A stretch of 28,489 nucleotides of DNA. It comes from a virus (lineage: Duplodnaviria > Heunggongvirae > Uroviricota > Caudoviricetes). This document shows, piece after piece, positions 14,115 through 23,022 of this stretch (its first letter is position 1; each line of letters begins with the position of its first letter). A program made the position numbers and the translations under genes. The notes under the pieces were generated by a model. The model did not search any database. It was not told the DNA's origin and saw nothing but the letters and a program-made list of their open reading frames with translations. Location of the stretch: IMG/VR virus record IMGVR_UViG_3300032323_003295, positions 1 through 28,489 of that record. One strand, given 5' to 3'.

Positions 14115-14146
14115 TTTGGAAAAAATAATAATTTGTATTATCTTTG
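14115..14146 (+). promoter_or_regulatory. Bacteroidota primary-sigma promoter (early)
   Basis: TTTG (14115-14118)-N20-TATCTTTG (14139-14146). 18 nt before ATG 14165. Confidence 0.75.
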
Positions 14147-14164
14147 TTAAAATAAATCTAAATA

Positions 14165-15445
14165 ATGACAAAATCTACACAATTCATACCAGAAGTTTTC
14201 ATTGAACTTACAAAGAATACATATCCTCATGGTAGTGAGAATATTATTGCAGATAAGATGTTCAAACTTGGTTTATTTCCAGAGGGAATAGATATGGATG
14301 AGCATGGTAATTACTTTTGTAAAATTGGTGAGTCAAGAACAATCTTTGCTTCTCACCTTGATACAGTTTCTAAAGTTCATGAACCAGTCAATCATGTACT
14401 TGATGGATTTATGATTAAAACAGATGGTACTACAACATTAGGTGCAGATGATAAAGCAGGTGTTACTATACTTACTTGGATGATGAAAAATAAAATTCCA
14501 GGTTTATACTACTTTTTTATTGGTGAAGAATGTGGTTGTATTGGTTCAAGTGCTGCTGCAAAATCTGGTGACTTCAAAAATTATGATAGAATAATTTCAT
14601 TTGATAGAAGAGCAACAACTTCAATTATTACACACCAATCTTGGTCAAGATGTTGTTCAGATGAATTTGCAGATGCATTTTGTAATGAATTAAACAAATC
14701 AGGTCTTTCTTATGTAAAAGATGATGGTGGAGTTTATACTGACTCTGCTGAGTTTGTTGATATTATTCCTGAATGCACCAATGTATCTGTTGGATATTAC
14801 AAAGAACATACTTTCAATGAAAGTCAAGATATAGAACATTTAGTAAAGTTAGCAAATGCTTGTCTAAAAGTTGATTGGGAAAACTTACCAACTAAAAGAG
14901 ATCCAAATGTTTATGAAGCAAAAGAATACAAAACTTCAAAATGGGGTGGTATTTATAGTGGTAGTAGATTTGATGAATGGGATGATGAAGATGTTGATTG
15001 GCATGGTTCAAAAAGAAGTGTTGGTACTTATCCAGTAACAGGTACAGGTTGGAGTAGAACTGGTGGTGTTACTAAAACAAGAGATTATGATTACTATGAA
15101 GATTGGTTAGATGAAGAAGATGAGGATGGTAATTATAAACACTATACAGATAGAAATATATTAGCAGATGATTTCTTTGAAAAACCAAAGAAAACAAGAA
15201 GAGGTAGTAAAAAGTCTAAAACTTATTTTGATAATGGAGGTAAGCTAATTGAGCTTGATAGTGAATTTGGTGTAAAACATTATGATTGGATAATGACTAA
15301 ATTTTCAAGTAACAAACTAAATAAAGAAGAGCTTGAAATTGTCAGAGAACAATACTTAGATATGGAGAATGACTATGATAGATACTTCTATGAGAATTTA
15401 GTGGATGAACTATTAGGTGATGATGAATATCACTTTTTTACATAA
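14165..15445 (+). CDS. M28/M20-clan zinc peptidase with long charged C-terminal extension
   Basis: SHLDTV, LGADDKAGV, GEECGCIGS, SFDRR, YTDS, EHTFNE zinc-ligand pattern. Confidence 0.85.
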   Translation: MTKSTQFIPEVFIELTKNTYPHGSENIIADKMFKLGLFPEGIDMDEHGNYFCKIGESRTIFASHLDTVSKVHEPVNHVLDGFMIKTDGTTTLGADDKAGVTILTWMMKNKIPGLYYFFIGEECGCIGSSAAAKSGDFKNYDRIISFDRRATTSIITHQSWSRCCSDEFADAFCNELNKSGLSYVKDDGGVYTDSAEFVDIIPECTNVSVGYYKEHTFNESQDIEHLVKLANACLKVDWENLPTKRDPNVYEAKEYKTSKWGGIYSGSRFDEWDDEDVDWHGSKRSVGTYPVTGTGWSRTGGVTKTRDYDYYEDWLDEEDEDGNYKHYTDRNILADDFFEKPKKTRRGSKKSKTYFDNGGKLIELDSEFGVKHYDWIMTKFSSNKLNKEELEIVREQYLDMENDYDRYFYENLVDELLGDDEYHFFT

Positions 15446-15446
15446 T

Positions 15447-15472
15447 AAAAACCCATCTTATGATGGGTTTTT
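15447..15472. terminator. Bidirectional intrinsic terminator
   Basis: AAAAACCCATC-TTAT-GATGGGTTTTT between convergent genes. Confidence 0.85.
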
Positions 15473-15679
15473 TAATTTATCTATTATATCAGATGATTTA
15501 ATTGTTTCATCTGGAGCATTTTTTATTTCTGATTGACTAATGTTATGACTTACTTTATATTTTGTCTTAGAAATCTTCTCTACTATCTTACATGGTGTAA
15601 TCATATTGTTGTACCAGTATTCTATAAGAACAATATCACCAACATTATAAAATGACTTAAACTCTAATATAAACTTCAT
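15458..15679 (-). CDS. Small SH3/Tudor-like protein with capsid-targeting-like N-terminus
   Basis: MKFILEFKSF-YNVGDIVLIEYW...CKIVEK...YKVSH...ETIKSSDII. Confidence 0.65.
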   Translation of the reverse strand: MKFILEFKSFYNVGDIVLIEYWYNNMITPCKIVEKISKTKYKVSHNISQSEIKNAPDETIKSSDIIDKLKNPS

Positions 15680-15682
15680 AAA

Positions 15683-15692
15683 CTATATATTA
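15683..15692 (-). promoter_or_regulatory. Putative late promoter motif TAATATATAG
   Basis: 3 nt before ATG 15679, overlapping the phoH stop. Confidence 0.55.
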
Positions 15693-16454
15693 AATTTTAA
15701 TACTATTTTTAGGTTGATTTTCTTCCCAAGTATCAAATTCTTCTTCAATCATCATAACAATTGGATTTCTTACAATATCTTTAGTTTGAAATTCCATAGT
15801 ACCAATATTTGGTTTACCAGAGAATATTGTAACTACTGTATCTAATGAAGATAGTCTTTTATTTTTTATATCAATTTGTTTAGTATCACCAGTAATAATC
15901 ATTTTTGAATTATCACCAATTCTTGTTAAAGTACTTCTCATATTTTTGAGAGAGATATTCTGAGCTTCATCTACAATGATGATTGAATTATCAATACTTC
16001 TACCTCTAATATAAGCAAGTGGTAAAACTTCAATCAATCCTTCATTTAACATAGCAGTTGTATTTTCTTCACCAATTAATTTATAGAAATTATCTAAAAA
16101 AGAGATTGTAAAAGGAAACATTTTCTCTTTTAAATCTCCTTTTAAAAATCCAACATCTTCACCTTCAAGTACAGTAACACTTTTAACTAATAGTATTTTT
16201 GTATATCTCTTATCACTTTTTAAAAGTTTCAGAGCTTGAGCACAAGCAAGATAAGTTTTACCTGTACCAGCAGGGCCAGCACTTATAGTAATATCATTAT
16301 TATTTATTAGATTGACTAACTTTTTTTGAGAAGCATTTTTACATTTCAGCTCAAATGATATTTTTTGAAAATTAAACTTGGGTAACTCAGGTTGTAGAAT
16401 AGTTCTTGGAGCACTTACAACTTCATCCTCCTTTTTAGAATACTTTCTTCTCAT
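15690..16454 (-). CDS. phoH: PhoH-family ATPase
   Basis: GPAGTGKT, PLAYIRGRS, VDEAQN, GDTKQID. Confidence 0.93.
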   Translation of the reverse strand: MRRKYSKKEDEVVSAPRTILQPELPKFNFQKISFELKCKNASQKKLVNLINNNDITISAGPAGTGKTYLACAQALKLLKSDKRYTKILLVKSVTVLEGEDVGFLKGDLKEKMFPFTISFLDNFYKLIGEENTTAMLNEGLIEVLPLAYIRGRSIDNSIIIVDEAQNISLKNMRSTLTRIGDNSKMIITGDTKQIDIKNKRLSSLDTVVTIFSGKPNIGTMEFQTKDIVRNPIVMMIEEEFDTWEENQPKNSIKI

Positions 16455-16470
16455 AAATATTGTTTTTCTT

Positions 16471-16480
16471 TTATATATTC
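16471..16480 (-). promoter_or_regulatory. Putative late promoter motif GAATATATAA
   Basis: 16 nt before the phoH ATG. Confidence 0.45.
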
Positions 16481-16524
16481 ATTTAGTTTATTTCTCTGTT
16501 TATATTTATAGAGCTTATATTATT

Positions 16525-16534
16525 TAATATATAA
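16525..16534 (+). promoter_or_regulatory. Putative late promoter motif TAATATATAA (structural operon)
   Basis: Recurring motif, 2 nt before ATG 16537. Confidence 0.55.
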
Positions 16535-16556
16535 CTATGAAAAAAATTTTTTTGTT

Positions 16557-16772
16557 GTGAAGAAAACAGACGATTTAATTTATGATTTAATATTCTCAAA
16601 GGAAACCTATTTTTTAATTGATATTTCTGATTATATAGAAGACATATATCAATATGAAAATTTTATAATTAAACTAAGAGAAATATTAAAAAAATCAAAA
16701 GTTTATATTGTGAAAAATGAAGTTTTAGTTGACAGCAAAACAGTTATGTGGGAATTAAAAGTAAGAAAATAA
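16557..16772 (+). CDS. Small hypothetical protein; true start may be ATG 16537 via a -1 frameshift or indel
   Basis: 71 aa from GTG 16557. The A7T7 run upstream puts ATG 16537 one base out of frame. Confidence 0.7.
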   Translation: MKKTDDLIYDLIFSKETYFLIDISDYIEDIYQYENFIIKLREILKKSKVYIVKNEVLVDSKTVMWELKVRK

Positions 16773-16775
16773 TTT

Positions 16776-19700
16776 ATGTGGATATTTAACAAGGATTATA
16801 ACAAATGGGTTATAACAGAGGATCAATTAACTAAAAGTAATTTTGATTATTTAAAACAAGAACTTGTTTCTACAAGATACTATTCAAAGTGTCTTAGTGG
16901 TGCTACTTATCTACCAATAAATACTGTAGATAATATCTATGATATTTTAGGTGAATATGAACCAAGAAACTGGTACATAGACAGTTCTGGTTCTCAATAT
17001 TCTTATACTGCAATTCCACAAAATGCAAGCCCAATTAATGCAATAACTTCAAATAATTATTATACAAAATATTTATCAGAATATGGTTTAACATTAAAAA
17101 ATTTATTTACACCTGATAGATTAATAAAGGATTCTATTAATTATTTATATGTTGATGTTGCCACAACTGAACAGATAAATTTAAGTACAAGATATACAAA
17201 TCTTATTATAGATGGTGTTAAATTACTTGATGGTCATAGACTTTTGGTTAAAGACCAAATATCAATTGAAACATTACCATTTGATACTGATCCTAATACA
17301 TACTTTAAGGGTAATTATACTTTAGTACAAGATTATGGAACAACAATAGAATATAACTATTATAATTCTGAAAATGGAATATACCTGTTTAACAATGGTT
17401 ATTTGACTAAAACTGATGATTTATCATTATATGAGGATTGTATAAGATATAGTGTTTCAGTTAAGTTAGGTACTATTAATACACAAAGACAATTTCATTT
17501 AAGTAGATTATTAAGTGGATATTATCCAACTTCATCTTTGAATGAACCTGTTGAGTTTATTGAAAAACATAATTGGTTATTAAGAAATAGAGTAGATTAT
17601 AATAATCTATTTGAAATTAACTATTATGATGTTTTAAAACATGATCCACAAACTTATAAAATTAATTCAATTACTTATAGTATTCCACAGAGAACTATTG
17701 CAGTTGGTGAATTTGGTGTTATATTAAATACACAACAATTTACAGGTCTAACTGGTACATCAAATATAATTCCTAATAAGTATAAAGTTAATTTAAGAGC
17801 AATTACACAAACCGAAATGTATTATTGGATATGTGGGGATGATGGAACTTTATTAAAAGTTAGAAAACATGATTTTTTATTAGAAAAAGTTAATATCAAT
17901 ATAATAAAAAATTTAAAGTCTGTATCATTTTTTAATAATTTAAAAGGTGTTATAGTTGGTGACTTAAATACAATATTAATAACTAATGATGGTGGGTTAA
18001 GCTGGGATAGTATAATTGTGGATGATTTTGAATCTTATTATTATAATAAAGTACTTTTTCAATCACAAGACAAAATTTATATTGTAGGTAATACAGGTGT
18101 TTTTATTGAATTAGAACAAGATATTTCCGGATGGACTGCATATAAAAGAAGAATATCAAAGTTCATTGATGATTATGAAGAATATTTATTAGTTGATAAT
18201 ATTAATGATATTATTTATTCAAATGTTTTTTGGAATTTATCAAGTTCAAATGAAAATACACAATCTAGAGATTCTGGAACAACAACAACAATAAAAGAGT
18301 TTTTGTTATTAGTTACTAATGATGGTAAGATAATTGCAAATGATTTAAACTCTGTAACTAATTTTGATTTTATTTATTTAGAGTTTAATTCAATTTATGG
18401 TGATATAACTAATATAAAGCAAAAAGGAACTTCAAACTATTTCTTTTTTTCTGGTGATGAGGATATATCAAGATTTGATATAAATAAATTTACTAATATA
18501 GGTGTTTTTAATGGTGTTTTTAATCAATACTCAAACACTATAATTAGTAGTGAAGATGCATTTAGTTATACAAATAATGAATTGGGAATAAACAAAATAT
18601 TTGATTATAATTCAGAAGAGTTAATTATATGTGGAAATACTTCTTTATTAAAGACTACTATTTATGATAATCCTTTAAACTTTAATTCATTAGATGATAA
18701 CTTTGAATCAAGATTAAAATCTAAAATGTTATTTGTTGATTATGATGTTGCAAGTAAATTAAATTTCTTTACTGATGCAGGTGAGTATAGATTACCAAGT
18801 TCAACATCATTTAATTTAGTTAATAGTTTAGATGATATTACATATTCAAATAATACTTCTCAAGATATTAACCAAAACACTATAGGTTTTTTAAAATCTA
18901 TAATACAAGTTAATAATACTTCTGATAAAAATCCTATAGATATTGAGATTAAATTAAATTTAATAAATCCAGCAGGTATAACTAATTTATTAATTAATTT
19001 AAAGGCTCCTAATGGAAGAGTAATAAATTTAAAAAAATCCAGTTCTGGTACAGGTACAACACTTTCAAATGTGAAATTTACCACATCATCTGATTATACT
19101 AAATTTAGAGAATCATTTGCACCTTATACTAATAATACTTATCAAATGGATAAGATATTACTAAGTAATACTTTCACACTTATTCCTAATGCAAATACAA
19201 AAATTTTATCAGATTTATTAAACTTTGATGGTGGATTTACAGGTAATTGGGAATTATACATACAATGGAACCAAGTAAATGCAGGAATATTTTTACCAAA
19301 TTCACCATATTATTATAGTAGTCAAGGTGTTGGTGTTGGAAACTTATTAATAGGGAAACTTTTTGGATGGGATTTAAAATTTGTTTATAAACTACCAAAT
19401 GAAATTAATTTAAACTGTTTATCATTTAAACCTTTAGTTTATGGACCAACTGCACCAAGTTTTATGACACAATCAGAAACCAATTGGTTAACATACTGGA
19501 GAGATAGACAAAAGACATTTGAGTATTATTCTGACATGCCTTTAGATGAAAGTAGCAAAGTTGAAATATCAACAGATTTTTGTAAATCTATTTCATCAAT
19601 TAGAAATATTTCATCAACTAACATAACTAATTCATTGGATGCAATTTCAAGGTTAGCCCCTTCTTTATTAGATACTACACAAAGTAGATTTAATGGTTTA

Positions 19701-22529
19701 GGACTAACACCAATATCTGGACCAAATGAGTTATATGATATTTATTTCTATGATTATTTAATGATACTAAGAGTTCGTATAAATTTTCCAGTTAATGTTG
19801 GAGATGTAATCAGTTTAACAAGTTCTATTGTTGATAGTCAGTTTATTGTTAATAGAGTTGAAACTTTACCAAATTGGGATCAACCAAGTGTTAGTAGTAA
19901 GTATATTTATATGTATATGGATTTTAATGATAATATAATTACTGAATTAATGAAAACAGACAATCCTATTATTATTACTAACTTAAACAAGTTTCAAAAT
20001 ATAACACAATTAGAACAAAGATTTAATGTACATCCTATTTCAAATGGTTATCAATTAACATATAATAATACAAATAATATTAAAATAGATGCCAAGTTTA
20101 ATAATATAACATCTTATTATAATTTAGCAACTCAAGTAATTGCAACTGGAACTAATGAAGCAAATATTCCTATTACTCTAAAAAGAGAAATGGTATATAC
20201 TGATGGGTTCTTAAAATTTGGATATACTCCAACTTATAATTTATTAGATTATTTAGAAGGTTTAAATGATACTACAAATTTATCAGTTGCCAAATTTACT
20301 GCAGATAAAGAATACTATGCAATGCCACATTATAAGGCAATACCTATGCAAGCTTCACTTAGTGCAAATTCAACAGGGGCTTATTTTAATTTTAATGGTA
20401 TTGATTTCAGTAACAACAATACAAAACCAAGTAATATATTACAATTTGGTAGAGAATTAAAATTAGAATGGCAAAGTATATTTATAGATACATTTGTAGA
20501 TATAATAATGTATTCTGATAATGACTATTATAATCCTCCAATTGGCACAACATATAGTACTGAAAGATTATTAGTAACTAAAAAGTATTATGATAGTATA
20601 AATGAAACTTATGTTATTGAATTTGGTAAAAGTATAATATTTCCAATTGGTAGTCAACCTAGATTTATTGATATTTTATCAAGAAGAACCTTATTACAAA
20701 TAAGTGAAGACTTACAAGAGTTAAATAATATTCAAAGACCAAGATTTAATAATAGAATTATAGATAATGGAGAGAATAACTTTTATAACTATGATAGAAC
20801 TACAAATTATAAAATATCAACAGATTCATATACTAAAATTTTATTATCTGATGTAGATACTATTAAGGAATTATCTGCAATTGTTTATACTGATTATAAG
20901 AATGAACTGGCAATGAATATAACAAGACTTGCAAGAGAATATAGTATTAAGATAACAGATACTGATGTATATAATGACAAACTGCTTATAATTTGTGGTG
21001 AGAAACATGAATTAAAAAATAGTGATGGTGTTATTTTAGAATTTAATGGTGGAACATTCTCTTCTGAGGTTTTAAATCAACAATATTTTGGATATCATAT
21101 AGTTAATGTAGTTGATGAATATAAAATATGGGTAGATATACCATATATTAATAACACTATTGTTAATGATACAGGATTTTTGAAATATACTAAAAGTGAT
21201 CCTTTCTTTAATTATCAACCTGTTGATATTATTGATGTTGGTGTTAACAAAAAAGGTAAAATTGCAATTGAATTAAGTATTGATAACTTGAAACTAACTA
21301 ATGATGTTTATAGTCTAATAAATGTTGACTATAACAAATATAGATTTAGATTAATTGATGGTTTAAATATAGAAACACTATCACTTCAATATCCTTGGAT
21401 TTTAGAAGCAGAAGTTTCAGGTGCATTGTTGGGACTTGACATAAATGGATTAGTTTGGTATAAAGGTTATTGGGAATGTGGAAGATGGTTTGGTGGAACT
21501 TGGATATCAGGTACTTGGAAGTCAGGTGACTGGTTTGCAGGTACTTGGAATTCTAAAAGAATAACAGATAATTTAATATCAGTTGAAGTAGATAATAGTG
21601 TATCAGATACAATACAATCAACTTGGTTTGGTGGTAGATGGTATGATGGTACTTGGAATAATGGTACTTGGGTTGATGGTAGATGGTATGGTGGTACTTG
21701 GAATAATGGTGAATGGTATAATGGTATTTGGAATGATGGTACTTGGAATAATGGTATTTTATCAGGTGGAATTTGGGTAACAGGAGTTTGGAATAGTGGA
21801 ATATTTAATTGTGATAATAATCCAGCTTATTGGATAGATGGTAAATGGAGTGGTGGTGACTTTGAGAATGGTATTTGGTATAATGGTATATTTGAAGAAA
21901 AAAATTCATTTGCAAGATTTGGTACTAAAGCATATAATAGTAGAACTGCAAACTGGAGAGCTGGTAAATGGTTAAGTGGAAGTTTCTATTCAAGAATGAT
22001 TACTGATAATAATGAATTACCTGTAGTTTCAATATCTCATAAATATTCAATATGGAAAACAGGTACTTGGTTTACTGGTGATTGGTATGGAGGTATTGCA
22101 TACAATATGGATTTTCAATCAGGAAATTGGTATGGTGGTATATTGGAGGATATTCAAGTTATTGGTATTACTTATAATAGTGATGAAGATAGATATATTA
22201 CATTAAATGGAAAGTTTGATTTTAATATTGGTGATGAAATAAATATTTTAAATACTTTTGGACTTACAAATAGTATTGAAGGCCAATATAAGGTTATAAA
22301 ACCTAGTGAAGTTGATTCTTTTAATAATAAAACCAGATGTGATATTAATATAAACTTTGGTTACAATACAACAGATAATGATAGTGAAACTGGATTAAGA
22401 GTTGTTAGTAGATTTAGAAGTACAAATTGGAAATCAGGTATTTGGACAAATGGTATTTATGAAACTGGACTTTGGGAAGGTGGTATTTGGTATAATGGAA
22501 TCTTTAAAGATGGTGCAAATTGGATGTAA
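16776..22529 (+). CDS. 1917-aa mosaic virion protein (tail/baseplate/fibre-like)
   Basis: VDVATT...IDGV...RLLVKDQ...NGIY fibre-type module, BNR/Ycf48-like propeller repeats, a P-domain-like jelly roll and about 30 WxxG pentapeptides at the C-terminus. Confidence 0.85.
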   Translation: MWIFNKDYNKWVITEDQLTKSNFDYLKQELVSTRYYSKCLSGATYLPINTVDNIYDILGEYEPRNWYIDSSGSQYSYTAIPQNASPINAITSNNYYTKYLSEYGLTLKNLFTPDRLIKDSINYLYVDVATTEQINLSTRYTNLIIDGVKLLDGHRLLVKDQISIETLPFDTDPNTYFKGNYTLVQDYGTTIEYNYYNSENGIYLFNNGYLTKTDDLSLYEDCIRYSVSVKLGTINTQRQFHLSRLLSGYYPTSSLNEPVEFIEKHNWLLRNRVDYNNLFEINYYDVLKHDPQTYKINSITYSIPQRTIAVGEFGVILNTQQFTGLTGTSNIIPNKYKVNLRAITQTEMYYWICGDDGTLLKVRKHDFLLEKVNINIIKNLKSVSFFNNLKGVIVGDLNTILITNDGGLSWDSIIVDDFESYYYNKVLFQSQDKIYIVGNTGVFIELEQDISGWTAYKRRISKFIDDYEEYLLVDNINDIIYSNVFWNLSSSNENTQSRDSGTTTTIKEFLLLVTNDGKIIANDLNSVTNFDFIYLEFNSIYGDITNIKQKGTSNYFFFSGDEDISRFDINKFTNIGVFNGVFNQYSNTIISSEDAFSYTNNELGINKIFDYNSEELIICGNTSLLKTTIYDNPLNFNSLDDNFESRLKSKMLFVDYDVASKLNFFTDAGEYRLPSSTSFNLVNSLDDITYSNNTSQDINQNTIGFLKSIIQVNNTSDKNPIDIEIKLNLINPAGITNLLINLKAPNGRVINLKKSSSGTGTTLSNVKFTTSSDYTKFRESFAPYTNNTYQMDKILLSNTFTLIPNANTKILSDLLNFDGGFTGNWELYIQWNQVNAGIFLPNSPYYYSSQGVGVGNLLIGKLFGWDLKFVYKLPNEINLNCLSFKPLVYGPTAPSFMTQSETNWLTYWRDRQKTFEYYSDMPLDESSKVEISTDFCKSISSIRNISSTNITNSLDAISRLAPSLLDTTQSRFNGLGLTPISGPNELYDIYFYDYLMILRVRINFPVNVGDVISLTSSIVDSQFIVNRVETLPNWDQPSVSSKYIYMYMDFNDNIITELMKTDNPIIITNLNKFQNITQLEQRFNVHPISNGYQLTYNNTNNIKIDAKFNNITSYYNLATQVIATGTNEANIPITLKREMVYTDGFLKFGYTPTYNLLDYLEGLNDTTNLSVAKFTADKEYYAMPHYKAIPMQASLSANSTGAYFNFNGIDFSNNNTKPSNILQFGRELKLEWQSIFIDTFVDIIMYSDNDYYNPPIGTTYSTERLLVTKKYYDSINETYVIEFGKSIIFPIGSQPRFIDILSRRTLLQISEDLQELNNIQRPRFNNRIIDNGENNFYNYDRTTNYKISTDSYTKILLSDVDTIKELSAIVYTDYKNELAMNITRLAREYSIKITDTDVYNDKLLIICGEKHELKNSDGVILEFNGGTFSSEVLNQQYFGYHIVNVVDEYKIWVDIPYINNTIVNDTGFLKYTKSDPFFNYQPVDIIDVGVNKKGKIAIELSIDNLKLTNDVYSLINVDYNKYRFRLIDGLNIETLSLQYPWILEAEVSGALLGLDINGLVWYKGYWECGRWFGGTWISGTWKSGDWFAGTWNSKRITDNLISVEVDNSVSDTIQSTWFGGRWYDGTWNNGTWVDGRWYGGTWNNGEWYNGIWNDGTWNNGILSGGIWVTGVWNSGIFNCDNNPAYWIDGKWSGGDFENGIWYNGIFEEKNSFARFGTKAYNSRTANWRAGKWLSGSFYSRMITDNNELPVVSISHKYSIWKTGTWFTGDWYGGIAYNMDFQSGNWYGGILEDIQVIGITYNSDEDRYITLNGKFDFNIGDEINILNTFGLTNSIEGQYKVIKPSEVDSFNNKTRCDININFGYNTTDNDSETGLRVVSRFRSTNWKSGIWTNGIYETGLWEGGIWYNGIFKDGANWM
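21456..22526 (+). repeat. W-x-x-G-x pentapeptide coding repeat
   Basis: About 30 WxxG units counted, e.g. WYDGTWNNGTWVDGRWYGGTWNNGEWYNGIWNDGTWNNG. Confidence 0.9.
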
Positions 22530-22534
22530 AAAGT

Positions 22535-22544
22535 TAATATATAG
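22535..22544 (+). promoter_or_regulatory. Putative late promoter motif TAATATATAG
   Basis: 3 nt before ATG 22548. Confidence 0.55.
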
Positions 22545-22547
22545 ATT

Positions 22548-22955
22548 ATGATAAAAAGATATACACAATTTGTAAATGAGGCAGATGATGCCAATATTGA
22601 TGATACACCAGGGGTTAAATCATTAGATTCAAATAAGTTTACTGAACTTAAAGATGAAGTTAAAAAGATGATTGATAATACTATTTCTAAAAGTGGTGGT
22701 GAGTTTGCATCTTTTGTTGAATCATTTGAAAAGAATCCAGAAGATGTTAAAGTTGAAGGATTTATAAATGATGCTGATATATATGACTTTTATCTTAAAT
22801 TCAGAAATGATATAGATGAGGTTCTCAATGGTGTTAAATTCTATGATGAGGCACCTACAGGAGTAAATGCATATGGTTTATATGAATATACTATAAAGGG
22901 TACAGAAAAAGCTTTTATGGAAATAGTAAAGATGTTACAAACAAATCCTCAGTAA
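22548..22955 (+). CDS. Acidic protein with capsid-targeting-like N-terminus (putative internal head protein)
   Basis: Starts MIKRYTQFVNEA, close to the T4 CTS MKTYQEFIAE. Confidence 0.8.
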   Translation: MIKRYTQFVNEADDANIDDTPGVKSLDSNKFTELKDEVKKMIDNTISKSGGEFASFVESFEKNPEDVKVEGFINDADIYDFYLKFRNDIDEVLNGVKFYDEAPTGVNAYGLYEYTIKGTEKAFMEIVKMLQTNPQ

Positions 22956-22966
22956 TGAGGATTTTT
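22943..22966 (+). terminator. Intrinsic terminator
   Basis: AAATCCTCA-GTAA-TGAGGATTT followed by TT. The stop codon sits in the loop. Confidence 0.7.
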
Positions 22967-22989
22967 CATATTAAAGAGGTTTCATTTTT

Positions 22990-22999
22990 TTATATATAT
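22990..22999 (+). promoter_or_regulatory. Putative late promoter motif TTATATATAT
   Basis: 23 nt before ATG 23023. Confidence 0.45.
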
Positions 23000-23022
23000 G
23001 AAAAACTTATATTGTATTTTTT

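Noticed and set aside
13984-14205. Track ORF 13984..14205 (+)
   Set aside because: Runs across two divergent promoters and the antisense of the structured leader, with no promoter of its own.
18860-21780. Track ORFs 18860..19084, 20266..20460 and 21598..21780
   Set aside because: Shadows inside the 1917-aa gene. The MVLGIMV periodicity of the last is an off-frame echo of the WxxG repeat.
21620-21810. CRISPR-like or tandem DNA repeat (TGGAATAATGGT reiterations)
   Set aside because: 15-nt coding periodicity with synonymous variation, and no constant repeats separated by unique spacers.
11174-22955. Shared C-terminal NP(S/Q)* on three capsid-targeted proteins
   Set aside because: Explained by DNA: each gene ends inside a terminator whose arm (AATCCT/AACCCA) encodes NP, with the stop codon in the loop.
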